A DNA stretch of 42,371 bases from NCBI GenBank assembly GCA_022826305.1, contig JAJDVC010000250.1, forward strand, positions 1 through 42,371. Direction: 5' to 3'. Each line of letters begins with the position of its first letter. Positions within the stretch are counted from its first letter, which is position 1. The notes below the pieces were generated by a model that worked only from the letters and a program-made list of their open reading frames with translations, searched no databases and was not told the origin of the DNA. The position numbers and the translations under genes are program-made. Below are positions 28,534-37,618 of this stretch, one piece after another. The stretch comes from Gammaproteobacteria bacterium. Its GTDB lineage: Bacteria; Pseudomonadota; Gammaproteobacteria; Arenicellales; Poriferihabitantaceae.

Positions 28534-30648
28534 ATGAACACGCCCTGGCCGCACAAGCGGAAAACGTCCGTCGGCACGCCTGACGGTCACTGGATGCACA
28601 GAATGCTGAATCCGGCTTCGATCGCGCTTGTCGGCGCTTCGGCCAGACCGGGCGCTCTCGGCCGTTCCGTGCACGATCTGCTTCGGCATGGCGGTTTCCC
28701 CGGGGTGCTGTATCCGGTCAATCACAAGTATCCGCAAATCCACGGCGCCCCGTGCTATCCGGATCTCCGCTCGTTGCCGGAGGCGCCCGACCTGGTCGTG
28801 ATGGTGGTCGGAAGCCGATCCGTGGAATCGGTCGTGCGGGACGCGATGGATGTCGGTGCCGGCGGTATCGTGATCTTCGCCAGCAACTACCTGGAGGACG
28901 ATACCGAGCCCGCGTTGCTGTGCCGGCTCAAGGACCTGTCGGCAGCGGCAGGCATTCCGGTCTGCGGAGGGAACGGCATGGGGTTCTACAACTATGCTGC
29001 ACGGGCACTGGTCAGTTTCGACACGCCGCCGGAGCGTCCCGGAGGGAATATTGCGTTGATCGCCCACTCCGGATCGGTGATGACCTACCTGGCCAATACG
29101 GATCCCCGCATGATGTTCAATCTTGTCGTGTCGCCTGGTCAGGAAATCAACGGCACGGCCGCGGATTACATGCACTATGCCCTGGCGATGCCCGACACGC
29201 GCGTGATAGCCCTGTTCCTGGAAACGGTCAGGGATCCGGAGGGATTTTGTGCTGCGCTGTACGAGGCGCGGCAGCGGCGGATTCCCGTGGTGATCGTCAA
29301 GGTCGGCGCTACCGAGCAGAGTGCGAGACTGGCGGCCAGCCATTCCGGCGCGGTGGCAGGCAGGGACAGCGCATTTCAGGCGATCTGCGACCGTTACGGG
29401 GCGATCCGGGTGCGGGACATCGATGAATTGTCGGCGACGGCGCTACTGCTTTCCCATGTCGGGGTGCCGGGTCCAGGCGACTTGTCCGGAATCCTCGATT
29501 CCGGCGGACTGAGAGAGCAGATGATAGACCTGGCCCCGGCGGCAGGGGTGCGGTTTGCCCGACTGACCGAAACATCACGTGCAGGACTTGCCGAGGTGCT
29601 GGAGCATGGTCTGGTTGCGGAAAACCCGGTTGACGCGATGGGAGCGATCAACGTGGATGTCGGATCGTTGTTTTCCCGCTGTCTCGGGATACTCGGCGAT
29701 GACCCGGGCACGGCCATGGTTTCGCTTGAATTCGAGTTTCGCGACGGCTTCAGCCAGTACCCGCAATTACTCGAGGTGGCGCGTGACTGTGCGAACCGGC
29801 TGCCCAGGCCGCTTGTCGTGATCAACAGTACCGCGAGTGTCGGCAACAGCCGGGAGGCAGCGGCCTTGGGCAGGCACGGCATACCGGTGATCAATGGCAT
29901 TTCCAACGCCCTGGCGGCAATCGGGAATGCGTTCAGGTACCGGGACAACAGGCTTTTCCCCTGTCCTGAAAGACCTGCCGGTTCTCCCGATCTGTCAAGG
30001 TGGAGAGCCCTGGTGAGGGGTCGCACTTCCCTGGAGGAAGCCGATGCGCTGGAACTTGTGCGGGACCATGGATTGCCGGTTGCTCCGTTTGCCGTTGCCG
30101 ATTCGCTGGAAGCGGCCTGCAGCGCAGCGTTCGATCTTGGATATCCCGTGGTGCTCAAGTCCGCCCGGCCGGGCTTGAAACACAAGAGCGACCAGGGCGG
30201 CGTCAGGACGGATCTGCGTGACCGGGAGAACCTGGTACAGGCCTATGCCGAAATGGCCGCATCGCTCGGCCCCCGCATGCTGATCGCTTCCATGGCTGGC
30301 CCAGGCGTTGAACTCGGTTTCGGCATGATCAATGACGGGCAGTTCGGTCCTGTCCTGATGCTCGGTGCCGGAGGCATACATGTTGAATTGTTCAGCGAGC
30401 GCCAGTACGTGCCGGCTCCATGTTCCGGGCAGGAGGCCCTGCACGCGCTGAGAAAGCTCAACGTCTCGAAACTGCTCGAGGGGGGCCGGGGTCGCGCACC
30501 ATGCCGAATCGACCTGGTGGCGGAGACGGCATCCCGGTTCTCGTGGCTTGCCCACGACCTTCGTGGCTGCTGGTCTGAAATGGATCTCAACCCGGTCATC
30601 GTGACGCCGGATGCCTGCACGATCGTGGATGCGCTGATCATCACGTGA
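28534..30648 (+). CDS. Acetate/acyl-CoA ligase (NDP-forming) family, fused CoA-binding plus ATP-grasp
   Basis: PASIALVGAS, YPVN, CGGNGMG, ASHSGA (phospho-His), NPVD, GYPVVLK, HKSDQGGV and EMDLNP. The start may be ATG 28594. Confidence 0.9.
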   Translation: MNTPWPHKRKTSVGTPDGHWMHRMLNPASIALVGASARPGALGRSVHDLLRHGGFPGVLYPVNHKYPQIHGAPCYPDLRSLPEAPDLVVMVVGSRSVESVVRDAMDVGAGGIVIFASNYLEDDTEPALLCRLKDLSAAAGIPVCGGNGMGFYNYAARALVSFDTPPERPGGNIALIAHSGSVMTYLANTDPRMMFNLVVSPGQEINGTAADYMHYALAMPDTRVIALFLETVRDPEGFCAALYEARQRRIPVVIVKVGATEQSARLAASHSGAVAGRDSAFQAICDRYGAIRVRDIDELSATALLLSHVGVPGPGDLSGILDSGGLREQMIDLAPAAGVRFARLTETSRAGLAEVLEHGLVAENPVDAMGAINVDVGSLFSRCLGILGDDPGTAMVSLEFEFRDGFSQYPQLLEVARDCANRLPRPLVVINSTASVGNSREAAALGRHGIPVINGISNALAAIGNAFRYRDNRLFPCPERPAGSPDLSRWRALVRGRTSLEEADALELVRDHGLPVAPFAVADSLEAACSAAFDLGYPVVLKSARPGLKHKSDQGGVRTDLRDRENLVQAYAEMAASLGPRMLIASMAGPGVELGFGMINDGQFGPVLMLGAGGIHVELFSERQYVPAPCSGQEALHALRKLNVSKLLEGGRGRAPCRIDLVAETASRFSWLAHDLRGCWSEMDLNPVIVTPDACTIVDALIIT

Positions 30649-30691
30649 CCTGCCCGGAGGCACTGTGATCAGTTGTGCGGACCGGGATCAG

Positions 30692-30710
30692 CGGGAGCAT
30701 GGTGCTCCCG
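30692..30710. repeat. GC hairpin CGGGAGCA-TGG-TGCTCCCG between convergent genes (terminator/REP-like)
   Basis: Perfect 8-bp arms with the same core as the 23159 hairpin. Confidence 0.4.
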
Positions 30711-30716
30711 GCCGGA

Positions 30717-31142
30717 TCAGGATTTCGAGATCGGCTCGTTCAGTTCGATGGGATAGCCGTCCGGATCCCTGATGAATGCGATGACCCGGGTTCCGCCCTT
30801 CATCGGGGAGGGCTCCTTGGTGAATTCCACGCCGTGTCCCTTCAGGTATTCGCTGGTCGCGTACACATCGGAAACCTTGAGCGCGATATGTCCCCAGCCG
30901 TTTCCCCTGTCATAAGGCTCCTCCTGATCCCAGTTGTAGGTCAGCTCCAGTGTCGTGCCGGCGTCTTCGTCCTGGTATCCCACGAAGGTGTTGGTGAATC
31001 GTCCTGCCGGGTATTCGTTCTGTCTCAGGACATGCATGCCGAGCACATCCACGTAGAAGTGCAGGGATTTCTCCAGGTTCCTGACGCGCAGCATGGTGTG
31101 GTCGATCCTGAAATCGGGTCTTTCTTCCTGGGTGGTGTTCAT
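30717..31142 (-). CDS. gloA: Lactoylglutathione lyase (glyoxalase I)
   Basis: HTMLRVRNLEKS, LELTYNWD, GWGHIA and IAFIRDPDGYPIEL. Confidence 0.93.
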   Translation of the reverse strand: MNTTQEERPDFRIDHTMLRVRNLEKSLHFYVDVLGMHVLRQNEYPAGRFTNTFVGYQDEDAGTTLELTYNWDQEEPYDRGNGWGHIALKVSDVYATSEYLKGHGVEFTKEPSPMKGGTRVIAFIRDPDGYPIELNEPISKS

Positions 31143-31165
31143 CGGTTATCTCTCCGGTCGGTAGC

Positions 31166-32272
31166 TCATTCGGTTGCAGGGGCCACGGATTCCACCAGCA
31201 GTTCCTGGAAGCGTCGCACGCTGTCCTCCCAGTATGGTGAAAGCAGACCGCCTTCCGCCACGCTCCGGGACAGCCTGCCGAGCTGCAGGCGTTCGCACAT
31301 CTCATGATCCTCCTTGTGTACTTCATACCAGAGTTTGCGGGTCTGTTCAATTTCCTGCTCGGAAAGAACCGCTTCCCGGTGGACATAGATCACGCGTTTC
31401 TGATGCGTTCGTGCGACGCCGTCCGGCGTGTTCAGGTGAACGCCAACCTGGTTGGGTGCGTAGGTTCCGAGGACAAAGTTCGGGAACAGGGTCAGGAATC
31501 TGGAGGATACCGCCAGGGTATTCTTTCCGGTTCCGGCCGCGCCGTCGTCGATATCACACTTGCTGCCCAGGCAGTGCTCGTCGAGAACCGTCGAATGGCT
31601 GACCAGCGGCTGGTCCGTGGTCGTCCTGTGCACGAACTGCACGTGGTACGGCTCGATGAAATTCTCCATCAGCGCCTTCCAGTTTGTCCGGACGGTCCCG
31701 AACTCCAGGGTGGCAACCGGTTTCAGGTCGTCCAGGGGCAATGCGCCAAGTTGCCGCCTGAGCGGCGCCACATGCTCGTCCAGCGGCGGCGCCTGGCCGT
31801 CCAGATTGACGAATACCCAGTCGTGCCAGGTCTCGCAGCGAATGGGAATCAGGCCCAGTTCGTCGACGGGAAATGATTCGGGTGGAGTCTGGTTCCGGCC
31901 GCAGAAGTAGGGCGCGGCCTTGAGTGTGCCGTCCAGCGCGTATGCCCATGAATGATAGGGGCAGCGTATCAGCCTGCCATGGTTGGCGGGCGTTTCCACC
32001 AGCTTCAGGCCACGGTGGCGGCAGGCGTTGTGATAGGCGCGCAGGTTTCCGGATTCGTCCCGCGCCAGCAGGATGGGCTGTCCGGCTATGGTGACGGGCC
32101 TGAGATCCCCCGGGCGTTCCTGCTCATGGGAGAATCCGGCAAAGACCCAGTTGCTCCGGAACACCGTGCGGTTCTCGAGCGCGTGGAAATCGGGATCGGT
32201 ATAGACCGCAGCGGGCAGTCCGGAACGAAAAGCAGGACCAGTGTCCAGAAATGTCTCGAAGCTGATCTGCAT
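31166..32272 (-). CDS. Second Rieske oxygenase alpha subunit (choline monooxygenase-like)
   Basis: CRHRG...CPYHSW, NWKALMENFIEPYHVQFVH, ED..MCERLQ. GGAG RBS before ATG 32272. Confidence 0.92.
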   Translation of the reverse strand: MQISFETFLDTGPAFRSGLPAAVYTDPDFHALENRTVFRSNWVFAGFSHEQERPGDLRPVTIAGQPILLARDESGNLRAYHNACRHRGLKLVETPANHGRLIRCPYHSWAYALDGTLKAAPYFCGRNQTPPESFPVDELGLIPIRCETWHDWVFVNLDGQAPPLDEHVAPLRRQLGALPLDDLKPVATLEFGTVRTNWKALMENFIEPYHVQFVHRTTTDQPLVSHSTVLDEHCLGSKCDIDDGAAGTGKNTLAVSSRFLTLFPNFVLGTYAPNQVGVHLNTPDGVARTHQKRVIYVHREAVLSEQEIEQTRKLWYEVHKEDHEMCERLQLGRLSRSVAEGGLLSPYWEDSVRRFQELLVESVAPATE

Positions 32273-32439
32273 GAATGCTCCCACAGATGTCCTACAGGCC
32301 CCGGATTTGCCGCTGTCCGCGAAAATCGTCTGTAGGCACGGGATTCTATCACAGGGCTGCTTCGGGAAATCAAGATGCAACGGGGAATCCGCACTGCCGA
32401 TCCTGCCGGAACCTGTCGGCGGGAGGCTGTGGGGGACAT

Positions 32440-33405
32440 TTACCGGGAAGGGGCTGCCGTATTGCCGATGTGCCTGGCAAACAGGGTCTCTCCTTCGCCG
32501 GAGATGAAGCGGCTGTGCATGACGTCCCGCGTGAACCGCAGTTCAAGAAAACCGTACCGGGAGGCGGCGAATTCGGCGTCGTGTTCGGGCAGTACGCCGT
32601 ACAGGACGCCACCGCCCGCCCCGGATATCAGGTGCGCCATGCTGCAGGATTCGAGGTCATCGTATTCAAGATGATGGTTGTGCCCCGCGATGTAGGCGTC
32701 CACCTCTCCACAGAGCAGGTAGCGCAGCATCCAGCTCCGCACATTCCTTCCCCGGCGCGACGGTCCGCGGTTGCTGACGGATATCATGGGATGATGCCCG
32801 ATGGCAATCGTCCATGGCGTCGTGCTGTCTCCGAAACTCCGGATGCCCTGGCTGGTGATCTGGAACGGAAAATTGGTGTCAAGCGCATAGATCGTCAGGA
32901 GGTCCGGAACGACGATGGAATAATGCCGGGACGGGAAGTTCCAGCGCGGATGCCTCTTGTCGATTTCCATCCAGCTGCGGATGTTGCCGTCGTAGTCATG
33001 GTTCCCGAGCACCGGAAAGAGCGGTACATCGGCGAGGCATTCCCCGCCGTAGACGGAGAAGACCTTGTCCTCCCATTGCGGATCTTCCACGGATCTCGCG
33101 CCGCTCGGATAGATCACGTCCCCGACGAACAGGATGCCATCCGGCCTGCGGTTCCGGCACTGCTGTTCCATGCTCTGTGCCACCTGGTGCTGGGCAGCTT
33201 TTCCGGAACCGGAGTCGCCCAGCACGAAAAAGCCGACATCCTGCGACCGATCCAGGATGATCCGGCTTTCCGCCTTGACCAATCCGGTAATCGGTGCGAT
33301 GGATGAGCGGTATTCGACAACAATGCCCGTCGATGCGGCAACGACTGCTCCAAGACAAAGGAGTGCCAGTATCCGTGGAATTGACAGCCCGGGTTTTCTA
33401 GACAT
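32440..33405 (-). CDS. Calcineurin-like metallophosphoesterase (purple/tartrate-resistant acid phosphatase type), exported or membrane-anchored
   Basis: GDSG, GDVIY, LGNHDY, GHHP and AGHNH metal motifs. N-terminal hydrophobic segment. Start ATG 33405. Confidence 0.88.
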   Translation of the reverse strand: MSRKPGLSIPRILALLCLGAVVAASTGIVVEYRSSIAPITGLVKAESRIILDRSQDVGFFVLGDSGSGKAAQHQVAQSMEQQCRNRRPDGILFVGDVIYPSGARSVEDPQWEDKVFSVYGGECLADVPLFPVLGNHDYDGNIRSWMEIDKRHPRWNFPSRHYSIVVPDLLTIYALDTNFPFQITSQGIRSFGDSTTPWTIAIGHHPMISVSNRGPSRRGRNVRSWMLRYLLCGEVDAYIAGHNHHLEYDDLESCSMAHLISGAGGGVLYGVLPEHDAEFAASRYGFLELRFTRDVMHSRFISGEGETLFARHIGNTAAPSR

Positions 33406-33521
33406 GGATGTTTTCTGATGGACCTGCCGAGGCGCAACCAACCGGGTGGATGCTCGTGCGCTCTCCGATATCCCGTATGGATGATGTCGTTTTGGCATCG
33501 TATCGGTACAATCGATGATAC

Positions 33522-33995
33522 ATGATAACCCACCAGAATGTTTTGAAAGACAGCGCACAGTACGGCACCGGCGACGCATCCTACAGGGCCGCTGGCGGAC
33601 GGGAAGGGATTCGGCAACTGGTCGATCGTTTCTACGACTACATGGAAGCGTTGCCGCAGGCCCGCAGGATCCTGCACATGCATCCGGACGACCTGTCGGA
33701 GTCCCGGGACAAGCTGGCGCGGTTCCTGTGCGGCTGGCTGGGCGGGCCGAAGCTTTACAACGAGAAGTACGGACCAATCCGGATTCCCGCGGCGCACATC
33801 CACCTCGAGATCGGGGAGGCCGAGCGGGACGCCTGGTTGCTGTGCATGGAAAAGGCAGTCGGCGACCAGCCCTACAGCCCGGCGTTCCGGGACTACCTGC
33901 TGCGCCAGTTGTTCATACCCGCAGAACGGATTCGGGTCGTGGGGACTGCGCGCCGGGAGAAGCAGCACCGGGACACGGACTGCGCTGGGAACTGA
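33522..33995 (+). CDS. Group II truncated hemoglobin
   Basis: GGREGIRQLVDRFYDYM, FLCGWLGGPKLY, AAH (F8 His) and ERDAWLLCM. Confidence 0.9.
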   Translation: MITHQNVLKDSAQYGTGDASYRAAGGREGIRQLVDRFYDYMEALPQARRILHMHPDDLSESRDKLARFLCGWLGGPKLYNEKYGPIRIPAAHIHLEIGEAERDAWLLCMEKAVGDQPYSPAFRDYLLRQLFIPAERIRVVGTARREKQHRDTDCAGN

Positions 33996-34164
33996 AGTAG
34001 CGATCTGTCAGGCCATGGGGCTCATCGCCATGACTGCCTGCACTGGACGACACTGTTATCCGGGATGCCTGTCAATACCCGTGGCGATGCCGACGCTGAT
34101 CAATCGGCATGCTGTGTTGACAAGGGATCATGAAACTCCGTGAATGTCGCCAGAACGCGCATTG

Positions 34165-35307
34165 TCATCGCGTGCTTGCCATTCCTGGTACTCCACTGCC
34201 TGCCGGCATTTCCGGTATCTCCATGAAGATACTCATCAACGGCCGGTTGACGTAGTAGTTGTAGCGCCCGATCTTGTGTTTCTCGATGAATCCCCTTTCT
34301 GTCAACAGCTCCAGATACTTGACTGCGGTCAGCCTCGAGACGCCCAGGTCGGTCCGTAGAGATTCGATCTTGGTGTAGGGGTGCCGGAATAAGTTGTTGA
34401 GCAGATCCTGGCTGTAGATCTTTGGCAGTTCTGCGCGGATGCGGTGCTTGTACTCCAGCATGATTTCCTTGATCTTCCGGATGATCCAGATGGTCTGGCG
34501 AGAGGTGAATTCGACGCCTGCCAGCATGTAGAGGATCCAGGGATCCCAGTCACCGGTATCCCGCGTGTTCTGCAACAGGCGGTAGTAGCCCGCTTTGTTG
34601 CGGATGATATATCGGCTGAGATAGAGTATCGGGATATCGAGTAGCCCTTTTGCCACCAGGTAGAGGATATTGATGATGCGCCCGGTACGGCCGTTGCCAT
34701 CATAAAATGGGTGGATGCTCTCGAACTGGTAGTGGATCACCGCCATCTTGATCAGGGGATCGACATCGCAAAGCGTGTCATCATTAATGAATTTTTCCAG
34801 GTTGTTCATCAGGCGCACAATTTCCCTGTAATCTTGCGGTGGTGTATAAACAGCCTCGCCGGTATGATCGTTCTTGAGCACTGTACCCGGAAGTTTGCGG
34901 ATGCCGGCCCTGTTCTGTTCCAGTGTCTGGTGGATTCCGACGATGCGGTTGGCAGTGAGCAATCGGTCGTGTCTCACCTGCTCGAAGGTGACCTTCAGGG
35001 CGGTGGCGTAACGACTGACCTCCTTGGTGGCTGGGTTCTTTATATAATCCGCGAACAGATCGAACTGGTAGAGATCGTCATGGGTGGTGATGATGTTCTC
35101 GATCTCGGAACTGTCCTTGGCCTCCTGCAGGGTAAGGGTGTTGATCAGGATGTGCTCGTTGGGGATGGTGGTTGCCATGCCCTTGAGTTCGGCCAGATAG
35201 CGGTGGGCCTGGGCAAGGCCTTTCAACACCAAGCGGGATTCCAGTCCTGCAGTGGGTGGCAACAGTGAGATGGTGTTCTGAGTCGTCAAGGCGCCCATGT
35301 CAGCCAT
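34165..35307 (-). CDS. Fic family protein (class II, N-terminal inhibitory helix, C-terminal HTH)
   Basis: Canonical HPFYDGNGRTGR. N-terminal EAKDSSEIEN matches (S/T)xxxE(G/N). C-terminal LGVSRLTAVKYL HTH. Start at ATG 35307 or 35298. Confidence 0.92.
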   Translation of the reverse strand: MADMGALTTQNTISLLPPTAGLESRLVLKGLAQAHRYLAELKGMATTIPNEHILINTLTLQEAKDSSEIENIITTHDDLYQFDLFADYIKNPATKEVSRYATALKVTFEQVRHDRLLTANRIVGIHQTLEQNRAGIRKLPGTVLKNDHTGEAVYTPPQDYREIVRLMNNLEKFINDDTLCDVDPLIKMAVIHYQFESIHPFYDGNGRTGRIINILYLVAKGLLDIPILYLSRYIIRNKAGYYRLLQNTRDTGDWDPWILYMLAGVEFTSRQTIWIIRKIKEIMLEYKHRIRAELPKIYSQDLLNNLFRHPYTKIESLRTDLGVSRLTAVKYLELLTERGFIEKHKIGRYNYYVNRPLMSIFMEIPEMPAGSGVPGMASTR

Positions 35308-35310
35308 ACG

Positions 35311-35378
35311 TGTATAGAAAACAGTTGCTTTGTATACATAATCTTTTCTCGTGTCAATAAAATCTTGTTTCATATACA
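35311..35378 (-). promoter_or_regulatory. Sigma70-like promoter of fic overlapped by TGTATA boxes
   Basis: Minus-strand TTGACA at 35357-35352 and a -10-like TATACA/TACAAA near 35336-35329. Imperfect IR TGTATAGAAAACA (35311-35323) / TGTTTCATATACA (35366-35378). Palindrome TGTATACA at 35331-35338. Confidence 0.5.
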
Positions 35379-35385
35379 TGAGTGG

Positions 35386-35784
35386 AAGTCGGGAAACATG
35401 TATAGGGTGCGGCTGGATGAGCTTGACAAAATCGGCTTGTTCGAGACTGCCGTACAGGTTGCTAGGTATTTTCTGGAGAACGGCAAGGACCGGGTATCGT
35501 ACATCGACATGAAGACCATCATTCGTCAGGCCCACATCGGTCTCGGCATGGATGCCGGGGACTCTTCTGTCGCGGAAACCAGAATCGGACTTGTCTCCAC
35601 CGGTTTCATATGGAAAACGAATCCTGCAGGTTCCATGTCCGCCTGGTACGAACCGGGCATTCCCAGCCTGATGAATCATGTTGTCAACGAATCCCGGAAG
35701 GTGGATGAGGGGTTCACGAAAAAACTGTTGTCCAGACCACAGGCCCCTCCAAGAGGCGCCCATGAACAGGGTTTTCCTTGCTGA
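35386..35784 (+). pseudogene. C-terminal fragment of an ATPase paralogous to 18225-19441
   Basis: MYRVRLDEL...STGFIW...YEPGIPSLMNHV aligns with LYSLRYEEL...STGFIW...YEPGIPSLMNYV. The P-loop domain is absent. Confidence 0.75.
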
Positions 35785-36024
35785 CGCCGCGACTAGGCTG
35801 GTTAGGCTTGCAGCACCGCCTTCACGCCAGCATCAGGCCACTCGGATTTTGCCGGGAACTGGTCCCGATGTCTTTGCAGCCAGCCCGATTTGTATCCTTA
35901 TTCTGCAATCAGTGCGTTGTTTCCCCAGGCGGGCTTGAGGGCGAACTCCCAGCCGGAATTGTCCTGATTCCATGGCAAGGCCCTAATCCGAACAGGTTTT
36001 CATGGGCGGGATATCCGTTACGGA

Positions 36025-36420
36025 TCAGTGTGTCTGTCGGCTCTGCACCGTGAAGGTCCCTGGAGGATGCTTGAAATAGCTGTCCCGGGAAATATCACGG
36101 ATTTCCACCGTGATCTGGAGATCGAAAGCCTCTTCGGCGTGGGAGAATTCCTGTTTCAGGATATCCAGTATCTGTTCGCCGATGGCCTGCTTGACAGCCG
36201 GTGTCCGCCCCTCGAGCAGCCGGATGTCGAGATGCAGGAAGGCGCCGTCCTGCTGGCCGTTCGCGATATGGAAGATGTCCGAACCGCGTACCCGGCTCTT
36301 GCAGTTCGCGATGTTGATGCCGCCGACCTGGTGGAGTATCTGGTGAATGGATTCAAGCATTCCGGCAAGGTCTGCGGGCGGCGGCAGGTTTTCCGTGTAT
36401 TCCAGCGTCAGTTGCGGCAT
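36025..36420 (-). CDS. 5-carboxymethyl-2-hydroxymuconate isomerase family (tautomerase/MIF fold)
   Basis: N-terminal catalytic Pro (MPQLTLEYTENL), KSR, FLHLDIRLLEGRT and ITVEIRDI. Confidence 0.85.
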   Translation of the reverse strand: MPQLTLEYTENLPPPADLAGMLESIHQILHQVGGINIANCKSRVRGSDIFHIANGQQDGAFLHLDIRLLEGRTPAVKQAIGEQILDILKQEFSHAEEAFDLQITVEIRDISRDSYFKHPPGTFTVQSRQTH

Positions 36421-36452
36421 GGATCGGTTGTCCGGTCAGGCAGAGGGAGCAG

Positions 36453-37154
36453 CTAGTCGACCTGTACGATAGCCGATTTCTTCTCCCGCGGAAAGAGGCA
36501 GTAATCGACAACCAGCCAGGCGCATGCCGCACCGGTCAGCTGCGCGGCAATGAACGCCGGCATGTGATGGGGCAGGATACCTGAAAACGTGTCGGTAAGG
36601 CTTCGCGCCACGGTGACCGCCGGATTGGCGAAGGAAGTGGATGCCGTGAACCAGTATGCGGCGGTAATGTAAAGGCCCACCGACATGGCGACGGCCTGCG
36701 GCCTTGACCGGATCGTCGCGAGAATCGTCAGCACCAGTCCGAAGGTGGCGACCCATTCCGCAAGCCACTGGGCGCTGCCGGTGCGCGACTTTTGCGATGC
36801 CTGCAGTACGTCGAGTTCGAACATGGCATGCGCCATGAAGACGCCGAGCAGGCCGCCCAGCACCTGCAGCAGCATGTAGGCGGCGCTGTCCTTCCGTGAA
36901 ATCTCCCGTCTCAGGGCGAACACGAGGGTCACGGCCGGATTGAAATGCGCCCCCGAGACCGGTCCGAACATGGTGATCAGGACCACCAGTATTGCCCCGG
37001 TCGGGATCGTGTTGCCGAGCAGGGCCAGGGCGACATTCCCGCCAGCCAGGCTTTCCGCCATGATGCCGGAACCGACTACCGTCGCGAGCAGGAATGCGGT
37101 TCCGATGAATTCTGCAAGATACCTGCAGCAAGGAGAGGCGCCCATGACGGTCAT
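36453..37154 (-). CDS. MIP/aquaporin family channel (AqpS-like arsenite channel)
   Basis: AEFIGT, SGAHFNPAVT and STSFANPAVT NPA boxes. Located in an ars operon. Confidence 0.9.
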   Translation of the reverse strand: MTVMGASPCCRYLAEFIGTAFLLATVVGSGIMAESLAGGNVALALLGNTIPTGAILVVLITMFGPVSGAHFNPAVTLVFALRREISRKDSAAYMLLQVLGGLLGVFMAHAMFELDVLQASQKSRTGSAQWLAEWVATFGLVLTILATIRSRPQAVAMSVGLYITAAYWFTASTSFANPAVTVARSLTDTFSGILPHHMPAFIAAQLTGAACAWLVVDYCLFPREKKSAIVQVD

Positions 37155-37583
37155 TCAGCAGCAGGATTTCCCCGAACCTTCCGCGTCCTCAAGCAGGTGC
37201 GTTCGATCCGTTCCGTATTCCGCACCGTCATGGCGGTGCGTGAGAAAACCCTCCCAGGGCTCGTCTGCGGCGCCGCGAACCCATGCCTTGTCCGATACCG
37301 CGTAGCAGCAGGTAGTGTGTTCGACGTCCAGATAGGCGTGTCCGGACTCCTGCATCCGTCCGGTGACTTCCCGGAGTTGCTGTTCATTGTCGACCTGGAT
37401 GCCGAAATGATCGAATCCCGTGCCCTCGCGCCCGGATTCGACCACGAAGTTCACGGCAGGGTCATCGACGTCCCATTTGGCGTAGTCCTCGCGGACAATG
37501 ACCGGCTTTTCACCGAACAGGGTTGAGTAGAACGTGATGGCTCTTTCAAGATCGGCTACGCGCAGGGATACATGCAGTTTCAT
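37155..37583 (-). CDS. ArsI/CadI family VOC metalloenzyme (C-As lyase-like)
   Basis: LHVSLRV, DYAKW, DHFGIQV, TTCCYA (vicinal Cys), PWE and a C-terminal CC. Start ATG 37583. Confidence 0.88.
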   Translation of the reverse strand: MKLHVSLRVADLERAITFYSTLFGEKPVIVREDYAKWDVDDPAVNFVVESGREGTGFDHFGIQVDNEQQLREVTGRMQESGHAYLDVEHTTCCYAVSDKAWVRGAADEPWEGFLTHRHDGAEYGTDRTHLLEDAEGSGKSCC

Positions 37584-37618
37584 GATGTGTTCTCCGGATG
37601 ATGGTTTGGGGTTGTCCG

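Noticed and set aside
32279-32294. TCCCACA-GA-TGTCCTA upstream of the second Rieske gene as another RpiR site
   Set aside because: Only the ACA-N2-TGT core matches and it overlaps the RBS. Not enough evidence.
15700-36000. Recurring GGGTTTTCC-like words in intergenic regions (near 15704, 24423, 35768, 35994)
   Set aside because: Short, non-palindromic, also present inside genes, and not at a consistent position relative to starts.
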